Positions 25,082-33,676 of a DNA stretch of 64,000 nucleotides are shown here, in pieces. The notes below the pieces were generated by a model. The model was not told where the DNA came from. It saw only the letters and a program-made list of their open reading frames with translations, and did no database searches. This DNA comes from Escherichia phage ECML-183-2. Within the stretch, counting starts at the first letter, position 1. The number at the start of each line of letters is the position of its first letter. A program made the position numbers and the translations under genes. The stretch lies in sequence record OL631481.1; one strand, 5' to 3'.

Positions 25082-25100
25082 GCGAATCATTATCATTTGC
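25082..25100. promoter_or_regulatory. Fur-box-like palindromic site
   Basis: GCGAATCATTATCATTTGC. Confidence 0.25.
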
Positions 25101-25145
25101 ATTTCCATATGAGAACTCTTCTCATTCCCATCTGCATAAATTTTT

Positions 25146-25328
25146 GTAAACTTTAAATTTTGCTTTTGTACTTTCATTTTTGTAAAAGCAAAAAAACTTT
25201 AAATACTGTGGGCGCGCAAAATTTTTAAAATTTTCCTTGACTTTTGAGTTTTGTTTTGTATCTAACATTTTAAGATAATTTTCCTAAACTTTAAATTTTG
25301 GTTTTCAACTTTCACTTTTGTAAATTCT
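25146..25328. repeat. AT-rich direct repeats (two copies of about 43 bp plus shorter reiterations)
   Basis: aactttaaattttgcttttgtactttcatttttgtaaaa repeated as aactttaaattttggttttcaactttcacttttgtaaat; tttgagata reiterated at 25350-25390. Confidence 0.5.
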
Positions 25329-25566
25329 TAAAAAGTTTAAATAATTTGAGGGATTTTTGAGATAATAGGTAGTGGGAATTTGAGATAACCTTTAATCTTA
25401 TTAGTAGACCTTCAGGAACCCACTCAGATCGAATCCTAGTGATGCAAACTGAAAAAGACAAGGGTTTGTATAGGACAAAATAACAGGCTCTCTACGGTGC
25501 TGTAGGAGCCTTATTTCTGTGCTACAAAGTGACACCTTTGTTCTAAAAATGAAAAAAGTTAAAATA

Positions 25567-26109
25567 TCACAAATATCGTCTTTGCGGTATTTTGTCTGGG
25601 AAAAGTATTTCGATCAGTTTGTTATGATATTTACCTAAAAGATTTTGCCCTTTCCAGTTGACCGGATTTAGCACCCCTGGTTCATACATTCCCATTCCAA
25701 TACCGTAAACCTTATCGTAAGGACTTGCTTCAACAAACGTTTTGTATTGGTAAAGGTGTAAGTCTGCATACAAATCTGGATTCTGTACATATTTCAAGCA
25801 TAAACCTCGCATAACAATACGCTCACGGTTCTCTTCCCATACGTTGTTATCAAAATCCGACACTGCCCTACCCATACGTTTGTAATAAGCTTGAATCTTC
25901 TCATCTTTCCGTATCAAACTATGAGTCAGAATAGCCTGTGCAGTGTTGTGATCATTAAAAAGCAAAGCTTTACGCCACATTATGTATTGTTCGACACAAT
26001 TAAATGTCTGATTGTAACCTGGTTCGGTTTCTGTAAAGGGTGCAATATACCAATTACTAAAAACATCTTTATGTGAAAAGAAGAATACATAATCATCAGT
26101 TATTCGCAT
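25567..26109 (-). CDS. NADAR-domain protein (YbiA-like, DUF1768)
   Basis: YVFFFSHKDVFSNWYIAPF and EQYIMWRKALLF motifs typical of NADAR N-glycosidase domain. Confidence 0.6.
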   Translation of the reverse strand: MRITDDYVFFFSHKDVFSNWYIAPFTETEPGYNQTFNCVEQYIMWRKALLFNDHNTAQAILTHSLIRKDEKIQAYYKRMGRAVSDFDNNVWEENRERIVMRGLCLKYVQNPDLYADLHLYQYKTFVEASPYDKVYGIGMGMYEPGVLNPVNWKGQNLLGKYHNKLIEILFPDKIPQRRYL

Positions 26110-26284
26110 TTTTCATACTCTCCAAAATTTCACGTTGCCCTTGCTGATAGGCTTTCATCAGAACTACTTTAAGGTTTGTCTCCAAGAGGTCTTCATTGTA
26201 ATTATACCGCTCCACAACATATGTCAATTCATCATAAAGATGAAGAACGGGGTAGAATACAGGGTTATCTGCTAAACGTGCCAT
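26096..26284 (-). CDS. hypothetical protein (62 aa)
   Basis: start moved to ATG (MARLAD) after AAAGGAGA RBS. Confidence 0.4.
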   Translation of the reverse strand: MARLADNPVFYPVLHLYDELTYVVERYNYNEDLLETNLKVVLMKAYQQGQREILESMKNANN

Positions 26285-26297
26285 AGTTTCTCCTTTG

Positions 26298-26663
26298 TTA
26301 ATCCATCCACCAGTAGCCATAAACTGCGTCTGCGTCGATGAGTTTGTGTTTGTTGTTCCGCATGTAGTCTAAGATAAGTAGACGTTTATTGTATCTGGAG
26401 AGATTATGACCCTCTTTTCCGCCATAGTCAAAATATTTTGCAAGATCTTTACACTCAAACAAAATCAGTTCGGGAGTTTCTTCACACTGGTCTGTCTGGT
26501 ACACTTGACGAATGATCATGTATACATCGTCGTCTTCCGCTAAATGCTCTACTGGTCCACATCCAGCAGGAACAAATTCATAGTCCCATCTGATCAGATG
26601 TTTCTCTACTGCTTCAAAGAAGTCCATTCTTTCGTTGCGCATAATTTGAACGTCAACTAACAT
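26298..26663 (-). CDS. hypothetical protein (121 aa)
   Basis: AGGAGG RBS. Confidence 0.5.
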   Translation of the reverse strand: MLVDVQIMRNERMDFFEAVEKHLIRWDYEFVPAGCGPVEHLAEDDDVYMIIRQVYQTDQCEETPELILFECKDLAKYFDYGGKEGHNLSRYNKRLLILDYMRNNKHKLIDADAVYGYWWMD

Positions 26664-27841
26664 GTTTCCTCCTGTAATGTTCCACCATAAAGTTTATAAA
26701 TGTTTTGTATTGATGCCATGCAAGATAACTCCGCTGTCTCTGTGTAGCCATCTGGCATAGCATATTTGCTCACTGCTTCCGTGTGAAGGACACGCTTACA
26801 ACGCTTTTCTGCATCTTTGCATTGCTTCACAGTAGGGAAGTGCCACACTTGGCCCTGTTTCATAGTAAACACATTACGACTATTTTGTTCTTTGATACGG
26901 CGATTACTATTATTAGCAATACCAAACTTCAGTGCACAGATAATATCTTGCTCATCGTAAATATAATTAATGTAGGCTTGTTGTTGATTTTTGTTAGCAC
27001 ACTGCGGACAACCTTGTCCTATGTTTAAAAGGTTGTTTGCAGTTCCTTTTTGTTCCCCATGACTCTTACATACGTATTTAAACTTACCTATAGAAGATGG
27101 TTTGGTAATCCATCCTATCCAAACATACCCTTTCTTTTCTATTTTCTTTCTTACTTTATACGTAATCTGTTCCGCTGTATACCTATAAGATGCAGAGCAA
27201 CGGCAGGGTAAGTGTCCATATTTAAGATTGCTACGCGTCATATAAAACTTACCATCACATAGTCCAGCTTTAACATATTCATCATGAGAACAAACAGGAC
27301 ACTGAACCATCCATACTGGATCACACCCTTTACGTTCCCCCGTGTTGGTGAAAATAGTGCCTTCCTTAAACTTCCCTGTAGAAAAGAAATCTGCAATATG
27401 TTGATCGTCGGGTATTGTTTGTGACCTCCTTGTGTTCTCATACCTACATATAAGACAACCACTGCCATGTTTAAAACTATCAAAACTACATGTATTCCAT
27501 TCATGACCATACCTACAACGTAGCATCATTTTCGTACGCGCACCTTTAAACGGTTCTACGATACCTATGATGGTAATCCCCTTAGCTTCCGCTATTGGTT
27601 TACATTCAGTAAGGTATGTTTTTAAATCTTTAATTTGACCTGCACACATAGGACAACCACTACCACGTTTAAAACTGTTAATACTTGTAGTATCCCATTT
27701 ATAACCACAATGACACAACAAATCAAGTTTTGTATTAACCCCTTTCCATTCTCCCGTCCATCCTAAGATTTGGATTTGCTTACTCTCTGCTATTGGTTGA
27801 CACTCTTCTTTATATTGTTCCCATGATTTTGGTGCTGCCAT
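26657..27841 (-). CDS. zinc-finger repeat protein with C-terminal GIY-YIG-like (T5orf172-type) domain
   Basis: three repeats of C.{2,3}G..W.T.S..SFK.GSGCP.C treble-clef-like units; C-terminal YINYIY...KFGIAN...R...E pattern; AGAGGAG RBS. Confidence 0.5.
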   Translation of the reverse strand: MAAPKSWEQYKEECQPIAESKQIQILGWTGEWKGVNTKLDLLCHCGYKWDTTSINSFKRGSGCPMCAGQIKDLKTYLTECKPIAEAKGITIIGIVEPFKGARTKMMLRCRYGHEWNTCSFDSFKHGSGCLICRYENTRRSQTIPDDQHIADFFSTGKFKEGTIFTNTGERKGCDPVWMVQCPVCSHDEYVKAGLCDGKFYMTRSNLKYGHLPCRCSASYRYTAEQITYKVRKKIEKKGYVWIGWITKPSSIGKFKYVCKSHGEQKGTANNLLNIGQGCPQCANKNQQQAYINYIYDEQDIICALKFGIANNSNRRIKEQNSRNVFTMKQGQVWHFPTVKQCKDAEKRCKRVLHTEAVSKYAMPDGYTETAELSCMASIQNIYKLYGGTLQEETC

Positions 27842-27916
27842 CTGTTGCTCCTCTTATTAATCTGATATCCATACAAGAGAAAACCCGCCGAAGCGGGTTT
27901 AATAAATCTCAACTTA

Positions 27917-29056
27917 TTAGAACACGCTACCTAATGTGGTGGAACGTTGTGTTACAGGCTCCAGCACCACTCGCAGAGTGTTTCCTGGTGTAGTGCTCAT
28001 CACCAGGATCTTACCACCTTCAATCAGATCACAAGTTAGACCATCAGCAGTTGCACATAGATCAATATGTGGATCACCATCTTCATCCAGGATAACATAA
28101 CTGTTGGTTTCCATTGCTTCAACTTCATCATCTTTCAAGCTTTGCAGATAGATGTTCAGGGAACAAGCACCCGACAAAAACTTAGTAGGGGTGAAGTCGT
28201 GCCAGTTATTGATCCAATTCACCTTCAGAGTTTTGCCATTAGCTACGATAGAAGCCACATTCCATTTAGCATCATTGCCTAAAGAAATACCCATCATTTC
28301 AAGGCATTCTTTAAAAGTCATTTTTGGATAGAAATTCAATTCTTCTACAATGCCTTGAATAACATCGAAAGACAACTCTGTGCTAACATCCCATAAACGT
28401 TGGAAGTTATCTACGTGTTTTTTATTTACCAAGTTCTTATCCAAGTAATCTAACATAGTTTCACTAGACAGTTTATCGTAATTGAAACTGTAATAGATAC
28501 GACTAGGACGGTTTACAAAATATTCCGAGATATAGCCGCTATTTTTAGTGAGGATGTAAAGTTTATTTCCACTTCCTGTTCCATCCAACAAGGTCAACAG
28601 TGCTTCCTGATCTTCTTTCTTAGCGTACACTTTATCAAATTCGTCAAATAAAACAACAGCACGATCTGTAATTTTACTCATAAATTCTAAGAATCCAGCA
28701 TCTGTGTAAGGCTGTGTCACCAAAATGGTTGGAATACCTAAACCTTCTGTGGACATTAGGGACATGCTAATTAGTTTAGCCAACATCGTCTTACCACTGC
28801 CTTTTGTCCCTGTCAGTAACACCCCAGTATTTTTACCTTCTTTACTACGACGAGCAAATGTTTTAATAACATGTGCGGCGCGATCTTTAGTTTCCCCATA
28901 AAGAGTGTTCGGAAGAGAGAAACTTTCACCACGCACTAAAGAGTAGTTACCGTGCGGATCGCAGTTGACAACCCAAACTCCAGCAGGAAGTTTATTAGCT
29001 TCAACGCCATATTCCTTATTTACAACAGCTACATCTCCAAAAATAGTGTATTTCAT
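27917..29056 (-). CDS. AAA+ family ATPase
   Basis: Walker A GTKGSGKT and Walker B VVLFDEFD. Confidence 0.65.
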   Translation of the reverse strand: MKYTIFGDVAVVNKEYGVEANKLPAGVWVVNCDPHGNYSLVRGESFSLPNTLYGETKDRAAHVIKTFARRSKEGKNTGVLLTGTKGSGKTMLAKLISMSLMSTEGLGIPTILVTQPYTDAGFLEFMSKITDRAVVLFDEFDKVYAKKEDQEALLTLLDGTGSGNKLYILTKNSGYISEYFVNRPSRIYYSFNYDKLSSETMLDYLDKNLVNKKHVDNFQRLWDVSTELSFDVIQGIVEELNFYPKMTFKECLEMMGISLGNDAKWNVASIVANGKTLKVNWINNWHDFTPTKFLSGACSLNIYLQSLKDDEVEAMETNSYVILDEDGDPHIDLCATADGLTCDLIEGGKILVMSTTPGNTLRVVLEPVTQRSTTLGSVF

Positions 29057-29412
29057 TAGAACGTTTCTCCTTTTAAAATAATTACTGTAAACTTTGCAGT
29101 TTTTTCACTCTTAATATTCTTGACTAATAAGTATTCTCCTCCAAGGGCATCTTTGTATTGTTTAATAGCTACTATTTCATTTTTGCAAGTAGCTATAATC
29201 GAATAAAAAGGACGTTCCGTGTTATCTTCTTTTCCTGTATATGCCTCAACATCTTTGCACTCTTCTAGAACACCATTCCCAGGTGTATAGTAAAACTTGT
29301 TGCCTGTGATCACAACATCTTTACCAATATCCGTTTTAACTGCTACAAATTTTTGAGCGTAAGTGGTGAAGCTTACGGTAGCCAGCAATGTGGCTAAGAT
29401 TAATTTTTTCAT
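29056..29412 (-). CDS. secreted protein with signal peptide
   Basis: start at ATG after AGGAGGG RBS; MKKLILATLLATVSFTTYAQ signal-like N-terminus. Confidence 0.5.
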   Translation of the reverse strand: MKKLILATLLATVSFTTYAQKFVAVKTDIGKDVVITGNKFYYTPGNGVLEECKDVEAYTGKEDNTERPFYSIIATCKNEIVAIKQYKDALGGEYLLVKNIKSEKTAKFTVIILKGETF

Positions 29413-29423
29413 AAACTTCCCTC

Positions 29424-29588
29424 CTATTCCCACAACATACAAATCGCAGCGACAAACATATTAGCAATAGCCGCACCAAGAACTATAAACATCGCCAGTT
29501 CAGAACAATATTCACCAACCAGAGGGGATACTATTGCACAAAGTAGTCCCAATGTCAAACACAAATTGATGATGAAGTTTAAAATCAT
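29424..29588 (-). CDS. small membrane protein (54 aa)
   Basis: hand-translated MILNFIINLCLTLGLLCAIV...; AAGGAGAG RBS. Confidence 0.35.
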   Translation of the reverse strand: MILNFIINLCLTLGLLCAIVSPLVGEYCSELAMFIVLGAAIANMFVAAICMLWE

Positions 29589-29597
29589 ATTCTCTCC

Positions 29598-29762
29598 TTA
29601 CAACCAACCCTTTGCCTGGTAGCCTTTAGAAAATCCATCTTCCCATTCTTCGAATTCCTTTTTGTGTGTCATTGGACAATATGGATTTACTTTATTAAAC
29701 ATACCAAACTTGAACCCTGCGGTATACCCCTTCTTAAAAGCTATTGATTCTAAAGAGATCAT
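29598..29762 (-). CDS. hypothetical protein (54 aa)
   Basis: start moved to ATG (MISLES) after AGAGGAGA RBS. Confidence 0.4.
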   Translation of the reverse strand: MISLESIAFKKGYTAGFKFGMFNKVNPYCPMTHKKEFEEWEDGFSKGYQAKGWL

Positions 29763-29775
29763 ATTCTTTCTCCTC

Positions 29776-30027
29776 TTAGAACTCGACAATTATTTTGTCT
29801 AAGTGTTCTGCTTCAACTTGGGATAATGTTAACACCTGCACCAAACCTCTGTCAATGCCTAATTTGATCACTTGCAAATAATCGCCAAAAAGATCAGAGA
29901 TTTCAATCTGGTGTTCAGTAACCACCACGACCTCGTTACCCTTGGTATACTCTCTCCAGATTCGTCCACACTTGTAAATGAAATCTTTCTGGTCTTCACT
30001 GATCATCTTAGGCTTAACGCTTAACAT
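29776..30027 (-). CDS. hypothetical protein (83 aa)
   Basis: TAATG stop-start overlap with upstream gene. Confidence 0.45.
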   Translation of the reverse strand: MLSVKPKMISEDQKDFIYKCGRIWREYTKGNEVVVVTEHQIEISDLFGDYLQVIKLGIDRGLVQVLTLSQVEAEHLDKIIVEF

Positions 30028-30365
30028 TACATACTCCCGTATTCTGGTTCAATATTATGTTTACGACAAATGGTATCCCAACGTTCATTACCAAAACTTC
30101 TTCCATGTAGAGCGTTAAATGCGAAATGCTCTGCCAACCACAATACTACATCATCAGGATCTGTGTCAAGAGGAATTCTAAACTCTCGATCATAACGCAT
30201 ACGCAGAATAAAATCCTTATCATCTTCAAGGAGATACATGTGACTTTTAGCCCGTGATGCCAAATCAAAGAAAGGAGGCTCGTCTTTCCAAACGTGACGC
30301 TCAACTTCAACACCATGATCAACTACCAGAGTAGCGATCACCTCTCTCATTTCTTTACTAAACAT
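30027..30365 (-). CDS. hypothetical protein (112 aa)
   Basis: start moved to ATG (MFSKEM) after GGAGGT RBS. Confidence 0.45.
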   Translation of the reverse strand: MFSKEMREVIATLVVDHGVEVERHVWKDEPPFFDLASRAKSHMYLLEDDKDFILRMRYDREFRIPLDTDPDDVVLWLAEHFAFNALHGRSFGNERWDTICRKHNIEPEYGSM

Positions 30366-30375
30366 ATTACCTCCA

Positions 30376-30552
30376 TTAACCAATTAGTTCAACCGATTTG
30401 CAAATGTAGATCCAAACTGGAGTGAGCATAAGAGTTATACCGAATGCACAATTCCACTTAATTCCCATTTCCTCTATTAGAGACATGATTAAGCCAACAG
30501 CACTAATAATCAGATAAATCCCTAAGAAAGCCATTGTGAAGAATTCAGACAT
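30376..30552 (-). CDS. small membrane protein (58 aa)
   Basis: start moved to ATG (MSEFFT) after GGAG RBS; hydrophobic. Confidence 0.4.
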   Translation of the reverse strand: MSEFFTMAFLGIYLIISAVGLIMSLIEEMGIKWNCAFGITLMLTPVWIYICKSVELIG

Positions 30553-30554
30553 AT

Positions 30555-30911
30555 TTAGCTCCAAAGATTATCAAAATAACTAGCGAATAAAAGACGGCCC
30601 TCTAACCGTGCCTTCCTTTGATCTTCAGCATACACGATTTCTGGATTACCACTATCAATAAAAGCATTCTCCATCTTTTCTAAAATATTTAACCACTCTC
30701 TTCTACCTGTCTCCTCTTCTTCATCTGTATACGGCGCACTTCTATTTGGATACAAAACACGCATCAGTTTAGTGGGGATCATGACAAACGTGCTATTGTT
30801 TGTCTTCTCACGGAAGGCTTTAATTCCTGCATAGATTACCTTCCCCAAAGCTGCATCCAAATCCATCAGGTCACTTTCTTCTATTTGAATTTCATCGTGT
30901 ACAATTTTCAT
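30555..30911 (-). CDS. hypothetical protein (118 aa)
   Basis: GGGAGAAGG RBS. Confidence 0.5.
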   Translation of the reverse strand: MKIVHDEIQIEESDLMDLDAALGKVIYAGIKAFREKTNNSTFVMIPTKLMRVLYPNRSAPYTDEEEETGRREWLNILEKMENAFIDSGNPEIVYAEDQRKARLEGRLLFASYFDNLWS

Positions 30912-31195
30912 CGTGCCTTCTCCCGATCTGCATCTAATTTCAACAAGAAAGCTGTATACTCTTCCGAACCTTGGTGTAAAAACATGTGATAAGAGCTTAC
31001 CAGTTTCTTCGTTGTCGTATAACGTTCCATTTCCCCAACAACACCTCCACCTAGTGTGTAGAGCACAATACCTTCAACTCCAACATGGGTTACTACTTCA
31101 ACCAAATCTCTGTTATCCCAATAGTAGTTAGGTGACACAATAAGATCTCCCACTGCCAGTTTAATGTTTGCTACTTCGTCTTGTGAATAGTACAT
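30908..31195 (-). CDS. hypothetical protein (95 aa)
   Basis: GAGAGGAGA RBS. Confidence 0.5.
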   Translation of the reverse strand: MYYSQDEVANIKLAVGDLIVSPNYYWDNRDLVEVVTHVGVEGIVLYTLGGGVVGEMERYTTTKKLVSSYHMFLHQGSEEYTAFLLKLDADREKAR

Positions 31196-31207
31196 TTTGT
31201 TCTCCTC

Positions 31208-31501
31208 TCACATTAAGACACGTTTTGTATCGATGGGTGCATTATCAAACATGTTAAGAACATTGTCAAGCAGTTTTACTAATTCATTTGTAATTTGTTC
31301 TTTTGAACGGGAGGAAGTGAGCACTTTGCTTTCACCAATGATATGCATAACTTTTATAGGGGCATCTAAAATAATGTTGTGTTGACGATCCTCTTCAAAA
31401 GAAGCCAACCATTTCTCATTGTTACCGTGCAAGGCTACAATCACACCAAAACCGTTAATTGTTTCAGAAATATTCTTAGTTGCTAAAGTAATGTTCATCA
31501 T
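31208..31501 (-). CDS. hypothetical protein (97 aa)
   Basis: AGAGGTAG RBS; first gene of minus-strand operon. Confidence 0.5.
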   Translation of the reverse strand: MMNITLATKNISETINGFGVIVALHGNNEKWLASFEEDRQHNIILDAPIKVMHIIGESKVLTSSRSKEQITNELVKLLDNVLNMFDNAPIDTKRVLM

Positions 31502-31557
31502 CTACCTCTCTTGTTAATGTTCATACATGATACCTGAAAATAATTTCAGATCAAGTA

Positions 31558-31585
31558 TTGACATACTTTTTAATCTTGTTAAGAT
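31558..31585 (+). promoter_or_regulatory. sigma70-like promoter opening the plus-strand module
   Basis: TTGACA-N16-TAAGAT then AAAAGGAG RBS and ATG 31616. Confidence 0.6.
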
Positions 31586-31615
31586 CAACTCCTACCAAAC
31601 AAAAGGAGAAAACAA

Positions 31616-32059
31616 ATGCAAAACATCCAAAACATCAAACTGACTTGGCCCGAAGCTAAAGAAGCAATGAAGGAAGGTAGACGTGTTGAGCACCGCCATT
31701 TTTGTGGTGGCGAATGGTTTGAGATGCGAGATGGTGTTATTCTCGACGAACAAGGTTATAACATGGAAACTTGGTTCAGAGGGGAAGCTTGGCAGGAAGA
31801 GGGTTGGTCTGTAATTGAAAAAGAAGACAGTAAGGAAGAAGGCGTGTTGTCTAATGTAGAACGCGAGATGAGGGAAACAAAGATACCTGCTTTGGATTTT
31901 GTATACCTGGAAGAACTTGTGGCAGCATCTTTTGTAGCAGGAAACCTTTGGAATACACCTGTTAGCCGACTGGAGAACCAAAATAACCCGTCTACTCGTA
32001 ATCACAAGCTTTATAAGGGTAAAGGTCACAACAAATTAAAGAAAGGAAAGAAGAAATGA
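31616..32059 (+). CDS. hypothetical protein with lysine-rich C-terminus (147 aa)
   Basis: first ORF after promoter. Confidence 0.55.
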   Translation: MQNIQNIKLTWPEAKEAMKEGRRVEHRHFCGGEWFEMRDGVILDEQGYNMETWFRGEAWQEEGWSVIEKEDSKEEGVLSNVEREMRETKIPALDFVYLEELVAASFVAGNLWNTPVSRLENQNNPSTRNHKLYKGKGHNKLKKGKKK

Positions 32060-32202
32060 TCTACAAAAACAAGTTCACTGGTTGTCTTCGTAAATTTATC
32101 GATAAGAAAGGGTATGTTTCTCTTGACAACGGGGCTACATGGATAGAGAATGGCGCTTCAGAACAATTGATTAAAGCTTTGCCTTACTACGAGGAGGTTT
32201 AA
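32056..32202 (+). CDS. small protein (48 aa)
   Basis: ATGA overlap with upstream gene; fills gap exactly to next gene. Confidence 0.35.
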   Translation: MIYKNKFTGCLRKFIDKKGYVSLDNGATWIENGASEQLIKALPYYEEV

Positions 32203-32526
32203 ATGTCAAACAGTCTGTTTAGCGTGTCAATTGCACCACGTGTCAATATCCGTTGTCAGTTTGTTACTTTACCTGGTGTAACGCATATCACATTAGAATA
32301 CGATCCTCGCTCACGAGACAACCCAATCACAGGGAAAATTGATTGTGCTTATGGAGACTTTGTTATGGATCACCAAACCCTCTTATGCTGTGTGCAACGC
32401 TTACAGGCAGGATCTTTATACATCTTTAAGAAAACAGTGTTCCAAGAGATTGCTCAAGCAGTTGAAAGCGGTATGGAGACTCTTAACGTTATGATTGAAG
32501 CAGCCAACAAGAAGGAGGTTTTATGA
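32203..32526 (+). CDS. hypothetical protein (107 aa)
   Basis: GAGGAGG RBS. Confidence 0.5.
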   Translation: MSNSLFSVSIAPRVNIRCQFVTLPGVTHITLEYDPRSRDNPITGKIDCAYGDFVMDHQTLLCCVQRLQAGSLYIFKKTVFQEIAQAVESGMETLNVMIEAANKKEVL

Positions 32527-32783
32527 CACTTTATCACGTAACTACAGAAGGCGACTGTGAAGGCCGCACTACAAAAGATTTGGGGTATGTTGAAGCAGAT
32601 TCACCTGAACATGCTATCAAATACCTGCATTCCATCGGGAAGTATGCGGGTTATGAGTATACTATCTACGAGGTTGAAATTATTAACCTTATACAAGTGG
32701 CAACTCCTATGGCAGAGTTGAAACATCTTAAGGCAAAAGTAAGACCTGGTATAGTGTCCGATTACAAAGGGGAAGTAAAGTGA
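32523..32783 (+). CDS. hypothetical protein (86 aa)
   Basis: GAAGGAGG RBS. Confidence 0.5.
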   Translation: MTLYHVTTEGDCEGRTTKDLGYVEADSPEHAIKYLHSIGKYAGYEYTIYEVEIINLIQVATPMAELKHLKAKVRPGIVSDYKGEVK

Positions 32784-32992
32784 GTGGATGGATTAAAGTA
32801 TCTGGTACCGAGGATGTTCCTATCGGAGAGTGGCTTGTAATCATGGCAAACGGCAAGAAGGGATTCTGTGAAGTTAACAAAACACGCAATGGCACGATAG
32901 CTGTTATCAATGGTCATTTTTATTTTGACTTGGCACCTGTGATCGCATACCATGCACTACCAACATATGAAGAGGAGATTAACAATGGCTAA
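32780..32992 (+). CDS. hypothetical protein (70 aa)
   Basis: GTG start after AAAGGGGAAG. Confidence 0.45.
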   Translation: MSGWIKVSGTEDVPIGEWLVIMANGKKGFCEVNKTRNGTIAVINGHFYFDLAPVIAYHALPTYEEEINNG

Positions 32993-33302
32993 CAAAGAAC
33001 CACATGTATATACTGCACTGGTAAAGCACTTGAACAAAGAACGTAACAGGATCATTGCAGATTATCGTAAATTTAAACGTAGTAGTCTAAATCGTAAATA
33101 CATGCCACATGCAGCTTTTGACGCTACACGTGCAGTATTTCGTGCAAAGATTGCGGAAATGGATAATCTGCTTAAGCTTGCACGATTATCTATTCATGCA
33201 TCCAAAGTAACAGGAGTCACTCACTTCTTTGACTTCGATACTAAAGCACTATATGCACCAGAAGCAGGTGAACAATTGATTTATCTACTTACCAAAAAAT
33301 AA
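32985..33302 (+). CDS. hypothetical basic protein (105 aa)
   Basis: start at ATG (MANKEP) after GAAGAGGAG RBS. Confidence 0.5.
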   Translation: MANKEPHVYTALVKHLNKERNRIIADYRKFKRSSLNRKYMPHAAFDATRAVFRAKIAEMDNLLKLARLSIHASKVTGVTHFFDFDTKALYAPEAGEQLIYLLTKK

Positions 33303-33304
33303 GT

Positions 33305-33478
33305 GTTGACTTTTTTCAAAAAATATGCTACCCTAACCCCGAAGGGTCGAGCGATAGCGAGTATAGATTATGTAATAGATTAATCTCTATCGTTAGATGT
33401 TCGAAGAACAGAGATTTAAGTACTTGTTCTTATCGGTAGATGATCGTAAGATCAAGAACAATAATAGGAGAGTGTGTT
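33305..33478 (+). promoter_or_regulatory. candidate promoter plus long structured leader
   Basis: TTGACT-N17-TACCCT; leader has AAGAACA (x3) / TGTTCTT complementary segments and GATCgtaaGATC palindrome. Confidence 0.35.
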
Positions 33479-33676
33479 ATGTTAGTCAGTGAAATACTAC
33501 CTGACTCTAATGGTAATCAGATCACTGTTGATTGGTTTCCTGGTACTGGTACACTAGATCTAACTGCTGAATGGTCTGGTGATATTTATGGAGAAGGTGT
33601 ATTATCATTGTCTACAGAACAAATGATCATCCTTCGTGACTTCTTAATTAGTTTAGATCTAGGAGAAAACAAATGA
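33479..33676 (+). CDS. hypothetical protein (65 aa)
   Basis: start at ATG after AGGAGAG RBS. Confidence 0.45.
   Translation: MLVSEILPDSNGNQITVDWFPGTGTLDLTAEWSGDIYGEGVLSLSTEQMIILRDFLISLDLGENK

Noticed and set aside
25400-25440. tRNA-like T-loop motif (AGATCGAATCC) in the AT-rich region
   Set aside because: Flanking sequence cannot form acceptor, D or anticodon arms; no cloverleaf could be built by eye on either strand. No convincing tRNA was found anywhere in the window.
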